NCBI GenBank assembly: GCA_043228905.1
Contig: JBHGNT010000007.1
Span: 10,044,001 to 10,108,000 of the forward strand
Source: Azolla caroliniana
Taxonomy: Eukaryota > Plantae > Polypodiophyta
Direction of reading: 5' to 3'
Length of the DNA stretch: 64,000 bases
Notes under the pieces: generated by a model
The model's database searches: none
Told to the model about the DNA's origin: nothing
The model's input: the letters and a program-made list of their open reading frames with translations, nothing else
Made by a program: the position numbers and the translations under genes
Shown here: one piece after another, positions 23,549 through 37,022 of the stretch
Numbering within the stretch: position 1 is the stretch's first letter
Layout: each line of letters opens with the position of its first letter

Positions 23549-26087
23549 ATGGTGTCGATCACCATCTCTGTAGCTTTACGCAGATGGCTCTTGGAAAAGG
23601 GTTTTGAGGGGTACATCAATGTCACCGAGGCACCAACACATTCAGATGCTCTCGAAATCGCCAAAAAACTCAACGTGGACACTGTGACAAATGCCACATT
23701 CGGAAGAAATTAGATCTATTCGCGAATGGGGAGAAACATTTCGACATTCCCCCTGCTGAAACCCCAGGGAAATATTTTGGGGAGTATTCCGTATCCACCA
23801 AGGCATACAGAACGAAAGAAATCCCGAACCCATTCTTTCGGGAAATAGCCAAGTTTTTACTTGAGGTCAGTTGCGTGCACGTTAACGCATATGGGATGCC
23901 AAAACAGAATGCAGGTATCATCATTGATACCTTTGAGGGGCGCGCAATAGATTGGGGTGTAATTACGGGACCAGTGCATACCAGACCAACAAAAAGCTAA
24001 GGCCAATTATACAACAATACCTTACGATACTATTTCCACCTTGAGGTCGACCCGCACCACAGTCTCGTAAACCTACGCCGTCGCCACGATCTGCAAAATG
24101 GTGGTTAGCAGAATTGGCAAACACAGAATGGGAGGAGGAACCACAACCTTCCCATCCCAGAACGCAAACAACGTAGCCGAAATAGCACCAAGAAAACCCG
24201 AGGCCGAAACGACGTAGATTGGACCGAAAGGATGGACGCAGATTGGTCAAAGACACAACCGGCCCGGGTCGACACTTCCGCCCCTACGGAGCCCGTAACT
24301 ACATTAGAGATAATCGGGGAACTGCATCCGATCATTACGGCTCAATCACAGTGTGGAAAAGGAGTGCTCACTGTAGAAAGCGAGGTTTTGAAGTACCCAG
24401 TTATCCCGGATATGGCCCACGAGTTCGGCGCACTATTACAATTTGGAACGACTTACAAACTCATGGAATTTTTAGTGACGCAACAAATCAAGGTATCCCA
24501 GAGAATGACAGAGGAGCACGCGGAACAACGGATGATTGAGCATGCGCTCACACGAACAACGGAAACCGAAGGTGAGGGGGCCCTCGCCAAGGTAGGCAGG
24601 CAATGGAACGCGGGGATTCGCCGCATGGGCATTGAATACAACCCTCGTCGAAGCACATAGGGAATTGGCTAAAGTTAGTTTGGGCACCAAAGACATGGCG
24701 ATCAAAAATAAAATTGTCTGGAAAACAGCCAAGTGGACCCAAGCCCAACTACAAAAGGTTGAAGAGCACATCGCAGAGTTAGAATGTGGCACGGCTACGG
24801 CGCAGCAAAACCCCGGACCAACGTCCAGTGATGATGCGTCAAAGACCTTACGGGAGGAGGTCGAAGCACATACCGCCATCACCGCAAAAGCAAAAACAGC
24901 TACACAGCTAGTGGAGTCCGAGATTGACCACCTCCGCGCAGAACTCCGCAAATCATCAGACAGAGAAACGGATATCTAGGCAAAAGGACGAAGGGCAGTG
25001 AAAGCACTAGAGGACAAGTTCGAGGCAGAGGCAGCAACGCACAATAGCACAAAAGAGGAAAATAGGATAGGAAGCTGCATGAGGAAACCCAAAAGACTGA
25101 AGCGGTAGTCACAGGACTCTGGGAGTTATTGGAAAAGAAGAAAGCATGGTATGGTGAACAGCTCGTATGGGAATAGGAACTGACGCATCAGGTAGAAGTT
25201 TGCCTGAATAATGAAATGGGTCAGCTAGAAGAACTACACCAGAAGGAATCCCAGATATGGGCGAAGATGAAGAGCCACTATGAGGAAGTGGCTACGGCCA
25301 ACAAGCGTAAAATCGAAAACCTCAAGAAAGCTCTGGATGAAGCCCAAAACCGCTCCCAAAACGATAGCTGACAATGTACGCATTCTTCTCCAAACAAATT
25401 GCGAGCGGTTCACGGCGCAATTAAAAACGACGTTGGACAAAGGTTGGACGGGGTGGGCAATGCAAGCAGCGGAATTGCATACCTACCGGGCAGACTGGGA
25501 GAACCGACGAAAAGAAGGTTGAGGCTTCTTACAAGCTCAATAAGGAAAGCACTATGGCAGTACGAGAGGACCTCGTAGAGGACTATCGCACGCCAGCAGA
25601 CCAACACTCTGAGGAAATCGCGTAGCTATTGGAAGATTTCGGGGAAAGTCAGGAAGATATTTCTCACCGAATAATGGAGATCAGCAGTACACATTAGAGG
25701 GCAGAGCCAATTGCGATACCAGACAGTGATTCCGCCGAACAAGATGATCCTCAACCTAATTCGAATGAACCATCGGAGGTGACCACAACAGCTATCAACA
25801 CTACGGAAGATATGGATAAGGAAGAACCCCGTACACAGACGGAAGAGCCAACGCCCAAACCAACGAGGAATGAGCTGAACTGCGAACCAACTGAGCCGGT
25901 CCTGATCACGCGGAGAGAAGACGACAACACGGGGACTCGCACACCTACTGAGCACGACGAAGAAGGAAATGCGGAGTTACATAAACCGGTCGAGCAAAAT
26001 AATGAAGCACTTACGGATGTCACGTTGTCTCCAAACCAGGGCCTACAGACAAAGCCAAATATCCTCGCCATTTTGAATGATGAATAG
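23549..26087 (+). pseudogene. Extra ORF of Gypsy C between pol and the 3' LTR (globular N-terminus, coiled coil, acidic tail), fragmented
   Basis: MVSITISVALRRWLLEKGFEGY...RAIDWG, followed by E/K/A-rich helical fragments (24232-24979) and an acidic C-terminus (25779-26087). Confidence 0.6.
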
Positions 26088-26574
26088 AGGGATGGGTCGG
26101 ACGAGCCATGGCTCTGTCCCACAGGCATACCAAGTGTTGTCCGCCGGAATTGTAACCACCGGACATGGCACGTAAAATATAAACTATAAAATATATTAGA
26201 AGCGTTAGGAAACGTATGTAACGGTTCACGCGAGGAGCGCGACCGACTAAAAGCCCTATGTATATAAAGGGCAGAAATCCTCTGTAAGAAGGAGTGTGTA
26301 ATTTTTGGGAGTGAAGCTTTTGTAATAGAGTCTTAGCTTCTTTGATCTCCTTGTCTGTCTGTGTAAGTAGTCTACTATCTTGGCGGTGCATTCTGATTCG
26401 TAATTGTGGGTTGTAAGCGTAGGGTAAGTGTGTTCTCCCCTTCACACCCAGACAATACGTTTGTTTAGTATCCTGTTACGACTCACGTCCAAAAAGAACC
26501 TGTTCCTTGTAACACAATCACCTTGAAGTCTACCTAGAAGGACTGAGCATAGATAGTGTTCCTAATCGGCAACA

Positions 26575-27337
26575 TAACCCTTGCAATCTAATACCATGTA
26601 AAAGAAAATATGCAGAAGTTGTAAAAGATCACAACCGGCTCAGCCGGATAGAAAACAGAGAGCATGGAGAACAATGGAGATACATGTAGAGTGGGTGAGA
26701 GATAGAGACAGAGATAGAGACGGCAAAACAATAAGCTCTATTTCCAAAAGCTCGGTAAAACTCTATACATACAATGTGCTCTGTGAGCACTTTTATACAC
26801 GTTCTTAAAAGGACTGACATGTACTTCAATGCTCGTACCGAGCGACTGACACTAACTCCTAAAAATTAACCTATGTACTAGGCTAGAATCGTAGACCTCT
26901 AATGGCCTGCTGGTTCCACTCAGATCTAATAACATGTAAAAGAAAATATGTAGAAGTTGTAACAGATCACAACCGTCTCAGCCGGATAGAAAACAGAGAG
27001 CATGGAGAAACAATGGAGATACATAGAGTGGGTGAGAGAAAGAGAGACAGAGACAGCAAGACAATAAACTCTATTTCCAAAAGCTTGGTAAAACTCTATA
27101 CATACAATGTGCTCTGTGAGCACTTTTATACACGTTCTTAAAAGGACTGACAGAAGTACTGACATGTACTTCAATGCTCGTACCGAGCGGTTGACACTAA
27201 CTCCTAAACATATGCCTATGTACTAGGCTAGGATCATAGGCCTCTAACGGCCTACTCGTTACACTCAGATCTGGACACCGATCTGGTTCTTCGCTTATTC
27301 AATCAATCTAGATCATGTTGAGCTTGCTCGCTCAACA
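26575..27337 (-). mobile_element. PBS and 5' LTR of Copia D (full LTR 26935-27337, partial tandem copy 26597-~26926)
   Basis: rc starts TGTTGAGCGAGCAAGCTCAACA as in the E/I/J LTRs and ends TTTTACA followed by a TGGTATTAGA PBS. Confidence 0.85.
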
Positions 27338-30300
27338 AAAACGTCGGACAAATCCTATCAAAAGCCAACTGCCAATGATCGACAAGTCTCACCATCAACG
27401 ATTCAGCAGAAGCTCACCACTTGACCGAGCCAGTCGGAAGATTTGACCGAAGTACCAGTCGGCTTAAGAGGAGACACGATCGGTGACGGTCAAAGTCAAA
27501 GAATGGTTGGTCGAACGCCTTCTACACACATTGTAGAAAGGCCAGCCACAACGTTTTCGATTACTGGTCAATAAAATGAAAGGAGAACAGTCATCGATTC
27601 GATCAGACTCAAGGAAAATCCGACTTGAACCATTCTCCTACCGACAGCCAAGTCAATGTTGCCAAATCCCAATGTAGAGAAGTTCTCTCCTTGGATGACT
27701 CTTCGACCGGTGAAGTCCTATACAATGCGCAAGTCACGTGAACATGGCTACTAGACTTTGGCGCCGCATTTCATGTTGTCCCCGACATCGAATGGTTTTC
27801 CGACTATTCGGTCGGAGCTAACGGCACGGTCCAACTCGACAACAGGTAGGAGTGTGTAATCAAAGGGATCGGAAAGGTCCCAATTCAATTTCCGAATGAC
27901 AATTCAATAATCATGCATCGAGTCTGACACGTACCCAAGCTAAGAAGGAATCAGGTCTCCATCAACATGCTACCCGAAGTGGGGTACCGGAAAACTCTCA
28001 GTAAGTCTTCATGGATGATCAACAAAGGAAGCATGAAAATCGGGTGCGGATGCAAGTACAACATCTTGTATCCGCTGATGGTGATCAATCCAAAGGGCAC
28101 AATGAACGTAGCCAAATCACCAGATTAGAAATTATGGCATGGCCAACTCGGCCATATGTCCCAAGCCGAACTAGACCGGCTGATGACAATCAACTATATC
28201 TCGAAACTATAGACAAACATGGACTTTTGCGAGCATTGTCATTACGGGAAACATACTCGAAGTCGGCACTCTCTCAAATATGAGATGATACAAAAGCCAA
28301 TAGAGCTTATACACACCGACATTTGCAGCCCGATGCCCAAAAAGTCGTTAGGTGACTCTCGATACTTCATCACGTTCGTAGATGAGTGTACATACAAAGT
28401 GTGGGCTTACTTGATTAAGTCCAAAGATGAAGCACTCGAGGACTTCTTGGTGGCTAACGGAAGTGGAGAACCATTCCAAACACTAGGTGAAGACAATCTA
28501 GTTCGACAATGGAGGCGAATACATCTCCGAAGCCTTCAAACAGTCTTGTCTGACAAAGGGATCTAGCACCAAAAGACCGTTCCATATACCCCCATGCAAA
28601 ACAGCGTGGCAGAACTTATGAGCCGGATGATCCAAGAGAGAGTGATGGCAATGCTTTAGCAATCCAGACTAAAGTTGGAATTTTGGGTCAAAGCATTGCA
28701 AATGGTAGTCTATTTAATTAATTTGTCACCATCACGAGCAATCCGACTCCAAGTGCCACATGCACTATGGTTAGGCAAACGAATGACCTAAGATAAGCTC
28801 CGTAAATTTGGATGAGAAGCCTATGCATTCATCCCATGGGAGAAAAGGACCAAGTTGGTGCCCCATTCTACAAAGTGCATATTTCTCAGTTATGGAACCG
28901 ATGGGGAATTCAGATATAGGCTATGGGACTCAAAGAACCGGAAATTGATCCGGAGTAGTGATGTGGTCTTCAATGAAGACTCAATTCTCTCCAACTGATC
29001 CCATCCGAAAATCGGCAAAATGGTCACTTTCAATCTTTCTGAGAAAGAATCAGAAGTAGACATGCCGATTATTGAATCTAAATCGGTCATCAGGCAAACT
29101 ATCGAAACTGACTCTGCCAAACACCCATCGGTCGAATCCCAATCGACAAGAGGTCCAATAGCTGACTCCGAATTGACTAGATGACTGATCAGAGCCCAAT
29201 TGGTTAAAGTGCCCAATGGCCAATCCGAACCGGCCAAGGCACTGACAAACTAGTCAACTCCCGAGGAACATGCAGATCCAACACCAACGTAAGAAAACTG
29301 CCATCGCGGATCAACCCCCCAATCTCCTTCATAAAATGGTTCTAACAATGCCGATTAGCCGGACATAACGATTGAAGAATCTGAACCAACCATATCGGTG
29401 CCAAGGAGATCCACACCAGTACGTAGGCCAACAGAGTTTTATCAACCGGGCCTTGACTACATCAATTACACAAATGCAGGCGAACCAAGCTCTTGTGAGG
29501 AAGCTATAACCGCACCAAACACTGACACATGGCTATAGACCATGCAATCTGAGATGGACTCGATCAACAAAAAAAACACATTGGACCTAGTCGAACTACC
29601 AATCGAACCGAAGCTGCTACCTTGTAAGTGGGTCTACCAATACAAGTATGTATCCGGTTCGGAACAACCCAAGTACAAAGCTTAGCTCGTCGCCAAAGGG
29701 TTTAAGCAAGAATATGGGTTCAACTACGACCCACTCTCTGGTTCCTACTCGGGGTCGTGGCAATGGAAGAACTAGAGATCGAACAACTTGATGTCAAGAT
29801 GGTCATCCTATATAGAGATCTCGACGAAGACATTTACATGTCTCAACCGACAGGCTTCACGACGATGGAGGAACTGGCATGATGAGACTCACATATTTGG
29901 GTTTACAAGAGTTCAAACCCACAACCTTGTTATATACGTGTCGAATTCTTAGCCATTGTAATGATATATTTATATGTATAAAGAATTTATAAACTATATA
30001 GAATATTATCAAGTATTCTAGAGTACTCTATGTTCTAGAATGTTCTAGAATATTCTAGAGCACTTGCTCTATGGTCTAGAATGTTCTAGAATATTCTAGA
30101 GCACTTGCTCTATGGTCTAGAATGTTCTAGAATATTTTAGCATACTCTTTATTCTAGGACTTTCTAGAATACCCTATTAGGACTTATAAATATGCATCTA
30201 ATAATTAGGGATGAACCAATTTGGTTCAACGCCATTCTAGAGCTCCCTTGGTGTTTACTCATTGTAATCCATCTTATAGTAGAATATATTATCTTTACAA

Positions 30301-30378
30301 TACTCTATCTCTCTCTCTCACTCTCTCTCTATCTCTACCTCTCTCTCTGTCTTGATATTACTCTCTCTCTCTCTCTCT

Positions 30379-30434
30379 GTGGAAATTTTTGGTCTCATAG
30401 GTCATATTTGACCTCCGAAGAAGATAATATAATC
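30379..30434 (+). mobile_element. Miniature LINE derivative (5'-like GTGGAAAT joined to ~50 nt of 3' tail) inside (TC)n
   Basis: TTTTGGTCTCATAGGTCATATTTGACCTCCGAAGAAGATAATATAATC matches 45588-45635. Confidence 0.75.
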
Positions 30435-31106
30435 TATCTCTCTCTCTCTCTCTCTCTGTGTGGAAATGTAGGCAAATAAAGACATGTGACCTATGAGACT
30501 AACCCACGCCTTTTACGACTATGCTTTTGGAATTGCAATGGATACCCATGGAATGCGGGATTTGGCATAGAGGAGTTCACCGATGACTCAGATATCACAC
30601 TTCTTGTTGAAACATGGGAGCATGATACTCAAAGGAATCAAGGTTTTGGTAACTATAATGTACACTCTTTGATATGGAAGAAAAATCCAAGACAAAGAAG
30701 AGGACAAGGAGGGGTGGCATGTTTGATTAAGTAGGAAATAGAGAAATATGTGTCAATCATAAAAAATGATGAACATAAATGCTACATATGGCTCAAAATA
30801 GAAACACCTAATGATTTGCCCACTTTTGTAGTTGGATGTTACATTCCTCGTCAAGATTCTAACTTTTATGCTTGTTTGGACAAAGACCAACCTTTTGCCA
30901 ATCTAGAAGATGATATTGCTTATTTCAAATCCAAAGGGGAAGTTATTGTCTTTGGTGACGTCAATGCTCATACAAGAAGTTTTCAACTTGATTCACAAGA
31001 ATCTTTCATGCCACATATCTCATGCCACACTAATGGTTTTTTACATGTAGAAAACACAACGGAAATAGTGTGGTTGACTATGTGCTACTTTCTGAAGGTA
31101 TTTTGG

Positions 31107-31447
31107 TGTTGGGATTTCAGTCCCTCCATATGGGATATGAGTACCCGGCAACGGACGACCCAGTGAGAACTAGATGATGAGTACCCGGCAACGGAAGACC
31201 CGGTGAGAACCAGATGATGAGTACCCAGCAAGGAAGACCCGGTGAGAACCGGATGATGCAGGCTCGGTAAAAATCTCTCACCGGATGAAGGGACATATAT
31301 GTAAATATGTTCCAGAGAGCCCACTGGGGCTATATTTGTAAATAGCCCGAAAGTCATATTAGTATAAATATGACCTAGAGCAAACTCTTGAGTGTGGGTT
31401 GTCATTAATTTGCATAGAGTTATTGGTGTAATTGTTGTACAGAGCGT

Positions 31448-31497
<50 letters not shown>

Positions 31498-34400
31498 TAG
31501 TAAGTCTCTGTTGTAACCGCCGCCAGGCGAAAAGTGTGAAGACGAGGTTGTTGCCTTCGTGTTTACCTGTTGTATTCCTCTCGACATAGTGATACTTTGG
31601 AGTCTGTGGGCTCCCGTGGTTTTTCCCATTTAGGGTTTTCCACATTAACATCCTGTGCATTCTCTTCTGTTTGTGTACTTACTTCCATTTCTCATTTCTT
31701 TTGTGTTTGATTATCATTAAGTGATCTAAGTCTCGGTTGTTGCCGAAGATTATTCCGCGTAGCTCCTGTCAATTGGTATCAGAGCAAAACAACACAGAAA
31801 ATGGAAGATTCGTTGGGAGGCATGTTCAAGCTCATCGACATGAGCCTATACAACAACTACAATGAAGAGAGCAAGGCTCATGAGCTGTGGGAGAAGATCA
31901 ACATTATGTTTCAGAACAAAAATGCTATAAATCGGGTTTCGGTATTTCGGAAGCTAGTGAGGCTCCAGTACCAAGATGGCTCCATCATGGTGGAGCACAT
32001 GAATGCCTTCCAGGGGCTGATTCACCAGGCAACATCCTTGGAAGCACCTCTCGCCGATGAGGTACTAGCATTGCTCCTGCTCGGTTCCCTCCCGGATAGC
32101 TGGGAGACGTTGGTTGTCACTTTGGGCAACGCCGGGCTGGAAGGAAAATAGTTATCCCTAGGAAGAGTCAAGCCGAGCTTGCTAGATGAGGAGGCGCGTT
32201 GGAAAGACAAGGATACGAGCTCCGACTCCAAAGCGCTCCTTACCGAATCGGAACGCGGAAGACAGAGGAACCGTAGTCCCCAGAACCGGGAAAAGTCGGG
32301 GACACGGTCAAAGTCAAGGGGGAGGCCTACTTGCTTCTATTGCGGCAAGCCGGGACACTTCCAGAAGAACTGTCGACTCTTCCGAAAAGACAAGGAAACC
32401 GATAGTACCGATTCGAAGCGGTCACCGGACCGGAACGACAAAGACCGGAGAGGACCAGACCGGAAGGGAAAGATGGCAATCGCGGCAAGTGAAGAGGAGT
32501 TGATTCTCATCACCGAGGAGAGTGAGTTGAACCTTGCCGGCGACGAGACAACGGGGGTTGTAGATTCTGGAGCGTCGTTCCACCTTACCCTGGACTGGAA
32601 ATGCTTCTCATCCTACACAGCCGGTGAGCACAGCTGTGTCCGGATGGGGAATGAAGGTACATGCCGAATTGTCGGCATAGGAGACGTGTGGCTGACAACA
32701 CCAACCAGATGCAAGTTGCTGCTGAAGGATGTCCAACACGTTCCGGAGGTTCGACTGAACTTGATATCAGCCGGTCGGCTAGATGATGAAGGCTACATGG
32801 GTAGCATCCGAAATGGTGTCATGAAGTTCAGCAAAGGGAGCCTAATAGTGGCTTAGGCCCGGAAAGTCAACACATTGTACCTAATGAATGCCCGGTTATG
32901 CCGGGAAGAAGTGAACATTCCATCCAACACTGCCGGTGAGTTGTGGCACAAGAGACTATGTCACATGAGTGAGAAGGGGATGAAGAGGCTTGCCGATGAC
33001 AACCTCATTCCGGTGAAAGACGTGCACCTTGAGAAGTGCACCGACTGCCTGGCCGGTAAGCAAAACCGAACCTCCTTCCGCTCAAGGCCACCGATGAGAC
33101 GTAATGCACCACTAGAGCTGGTGCATACCAATGTGTGTCAAGTGGACACGAAGTCACATGCTGGATCGCAATACTTCGTGACGTTCATAGACGACCACAA
33201 CCAGAAGTTGTGGGCCACACCATTGAAGACAAAGGATCAAGTGTTATTCGTCTTCAAGGAGGTCCACGCAAGAGTGGAAAGAGAAACCGGCTAGAAGCTG
33301 AAGGCGGTTCAAGCAAATAACGGAGGCGAATATCGGGGGCAATTTGAGGAGTACTGCCGCTCAAAGGGAATCTAGCTCAAATTTACCGTGCCGAAGACGC
33401 CGGAACTAAACGGGCTGGCCGAGAGGATGAATCGGACCATAATGGAGAGGGTTCGGAGTATGCTTGCACATGCAAAGTTACCCAAGACATTTTGGGCTGA
33501 GGCATTGTCGACAATGACATATGTGATAAACAGGTCACCCTCAGTACCCTTGGATGGAGACACACCGCAGAGAGTGTGGACTGGTAAGGAAGTGTCCTAC
33601 CGGCATCTGAAGGTGTTCGGGTGTCTCGCTTACGTGCATGTTGCAAAGGACCAGAGAGCAAAGTTGGATCCAAAGCCCCGGCTGTGCATATTCCTCGGAT
33701 ACGGCGATGATGAGTTCGGCTACTGAGTGTGGGATCCGGTCAACAAGAAGGTTTTCTAGAGTCGAGATATTATCTTCATGGAGGACAAGACCCTTGCCGA
33801 CTGGGAGTCGGAGAAGAAGATAAAGAACTCTGAATCGACCGGAAAGGACCGGTTTGATGAGATGCTATCCCATCCGGCAAAGAGCCTGTTAACACTCGAA
33901 GAACTGGCCGGTTACGGTGAGGATACCGAACCGGCAGAAGAAGGAAAGGAAGCTAAAACCGGAACCGGACAAGACTCCAAATCAGATTCGGATGAAGAAC
34001 AAACACAAGAGCCGGTTACTGAAAACCGAAGTCGGAGATATCCTCTCCGGGAGAGAAGAGTCCCCCTAAGATTTCCGGATGTAGAGCATGTGTTGCTAAC
34101 CGATGAGGGGGAGTCGGAAAGCTTCGAAGAAGCGAAGGATGACACCCAAAGTCGCAAGTGGTTGAGTGCCATGCAGGACGAGATGGATTCCTTGCATGAG
34201 AACCACAGGTACGAATTGGTGGAGTTGTCGAAAGGAGAGAGGGCACTCCAAAACAAGTGGGTGTACAAGCTGAAACCGGGAGATGTTGGTAACCCCCCGA
34301 GATACAAAGCCAAGATCGTGGTGAAGGGGTTCCAGCAGAAGAAGCGCGTGGACTTCGATGAGATATTTTCCCGGTAATAAAAATGACTTCCATCCGGACG

Positions 34401-36334
34401 GTGCTGAGCATAGCGGTAAGCATGGACCTTGAGGTAGAGCAGTTAGACGTGAAGACGACGTTCCTCCACGGCAAACCTCGAAGAGGAGATCTACATGCAG
34501 CAACCAGAGGGATTTGTGAAGAAAGGGAAGGAGCACTTGGTTTGCCGGTTGAAGAAGAGCCTCTACGGTTTGAAGCAGGCTCCCCAACAATGGTACCAGA
34601 AGTTTGACTCCTTCATGACGGATCAAGGATACCGCAAGACGCAGGCCGACCACTCCGTGTTTGTGAAGAAGTTTGAAGGTGGAGACTTCTTGATACTCCT
34701 CCGGTACGTGGACGACATGTTGATCGTTGGACAGGACCAAGCAAAGATTCAGATGCTGAAGAAGGCTCTTAACCGGATTTTCTCAATTAAAGACTTGGGT
34801 CTGGCAAGACAGATACTAGGGATGCATATCATAAGGGACCGTTCAAAGAAGCAATTGTGGTTGTCACAGGAGAAGTACGTGACAAAGGTGCTTCAGCGGT
34901 TCAACATGTCAGATGCAAAACCGGTCGGATTGACACTCCTGGCAAATTGCAAGTTATCTGGTAAGCAAAGCCCAAAGACGAAGGCAGAGAAGGCGGATAT
35001 GATGAACATACCATATGCCTCTGCCATCGGGAGCTTATTGTACGCAATCGTGTGTACCCGACCGGATATCGGATATGCAGTCGGAGTGGTGAGCCGGTTT
35101 ATGAGCAATCTTGGCAAGGAGCACTAGAATGCGGTAAAATGGATACTCCGGTATTTGAAGGGCACTTCGAGTATGTGCCTTCAATTCAGGTCAGGTAAAC
35201 CCCACCTCGACGGATTCACCGATTCGGACATATGGGCTGATGCGGATACTAGCCTGTCAACATCCGGATATGTCATGACATACGCGGGGGGAGCTGTTTC
35301 GTGGTAGTCGAGGCTGCAGAAGATGGTTGTGTTGTCAACCACGGAAGTGGAGTACATGGTAGTTGTGGAAGCCGACAAGGAAATACTATGGATGAAGGAC
35401 TTCATCGGAGAGCTAGGGATCCGGCAAGAGGAATACCGGCTCTATTGCGATAGTCAAAGTGTCATCCACCTTCCGAAGAACGTGGCGTATCATTCCAGGA
35501 CGAAGCACATCCAGTGTAGGTATCACTAGATCTGGGAATGAGTTGAAGATCAAGAGTACGTGCTGACGAAGATCCAGACAGAGGAGAATGGATCAGATAT
35601 GCTGACCAAAGTTTTGACACCCGACAAGATGGATGCATGCAGGAAGAGGATCGGATTAACGAGGCACCCCAAGCCAGAGTGAAGGGGGCGTATATTGGGA
35701 TTTCGGTCCCTCCGGATGGGATATGAGTACCCGGCAACGGAAGACCTGGTGAGAACCGGATGATGAGTACCCGGCAACAGAAGACCTAGTGAGAACCAGA
35801 TGATAAGTATCCAGCAAGGAAGACCCGGTGAGAACCGGATGATGCAGGCCCGGTGAAAATCTCTCACCGGATGAAGGGACATATATGTAAATATGTTCCA
35901 GAGAGCCCACTGGGGCTATATTTGTAAATAGCCCGAAAGTCATATTAGTATAAATATGACCTAGGGCAAACTCTTGAGTGTGGGTTTTCATTACTCTGTA
36001 TAGAGTTATTGGTGTAACTGTTGTACAGAGCGTAACAGAGAGAGAGAGAGAGAGAAACGGAGTAAGTCTCTGTTGTAACCGCCGCCAGGCGAAGAGTGTG
36101 AAGACGAGGTCGCTGCCTCCGTGTTTACCTATTGTATTCCTCTCGACATAGTGATACTTTGGAGTCTGTGGGCTCCCGTGGTTTTTCCCGTTTAGGGTTT
36201 TCCACATTAACATCCTGTGCATTCTCTTATGTTTGTGTACTTAACTTCCATTTCTCATTTCGTCTGTGTTTGATTATCATTAAGTGATCTAAGTCTCTGT
36301 TGTTGCCGAAGATTATTCCGCATAATTCCTGTCA
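31107..36334 (+). mobile_element. Degenerate Copia element H (LTRs 31107-31771 and 35693-36334), TSD TTTGG
   Basis: TTTGG at 31102-06 and 36335-39; PBS 31774-85; pol closely similar to element B; LTRs contain ~39-bp tandem repeats. Confidence 0.95.
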
Positions 36335-36655
36335 TTTGGATCGTATACATAAATTCTCACTTGTTGAATGGACACCGGAATCCGATCATAGGCCTTTATG
36401 TATTGATCTCAAATATATGCATAGGTTTGATTGTGAGAAGGCTATTGAAGATAATAAACAACCGCACTTGAGCATGAACCTAAAGCGAGCAACCATGTAT
36501 TCCAAGATGGTTGAGGATATGTTATAAATGACAAAGATACAACATGGTGTCACACTAGAATGCAAATGGGAAACTTTCAAGAAAGTCATTCTCTCTTGTA
36601 CAAACAAATGTTTTTCGACCAACCACACATCTTGGAAATGCACCAAGAAACTTAG

Positions 36656-36691
36656 AACACGTTCGCATTCACAAGTGGAAGGATCGCGCAT
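36656..36691 (+). repeat. Left TIR
   Basis: AACACGTTCGCATTCACAAGTGGAAGGATCGCGCAT. Confidence 0.92.
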
Positions 36692-37022
36692 AAATGGAAG
36701 GATAAGGAATATTTTGGTTGATTTTAGGGCTTTTTCAATGATTTTACAAAACACATTGATACCAGTATCATACATGTTCAAACATACTATGAAAAGGTTA
36801 AAAATCCACTATTTTTGTGATTTGGAAGTAACTAAAAAAAGAGGAATTTCAAAAAGTTACATTCTCAATTTATATCACAAACTTTACAACCAATGTTATT
36901 CTATAAGAAATGATTTTTTAGAAATCATAAGAATTCAAAACACATGCTTTTATATTACTCGATTTGTTACAAGCGGAATGTAGTTACACTTAATAGCCAA
37001 ATATACATTCGTGATCACTCCT

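Larger units (their letters stand above)
12126..26574 (+). mobile_element. Degenerate non-chromoviral Ty3/Gypsy element C (LTRs 12126-12568 and 26135-26574) with an extra 3' ORF
   Basis: TGTTG..AACA LTR pair; PBS TGGCACACCTAG at ~12573; gag zinc knuckles, IVDGGSG protease, RT, FVDASD RNase H, SDQGSHF integrase in Gypsy order. Confidence 0.9.

Noticed and set aside
30015-30170. Clustered TCTAGA palindromes as MTase or restriction target array
   Set aside because: Ordinary short tandem expansion within the Gypsy LTR (fewer copies in the 3' LTR); no link to the MTase element.
31139-31257. ~39-bp repeats in the Copia H LTRs (also 35723-35845) resembling a CRISPR array
   Set aside because: Head-to-tail tandem units with no unique spacers, located inside LTRs, and no cas genes.
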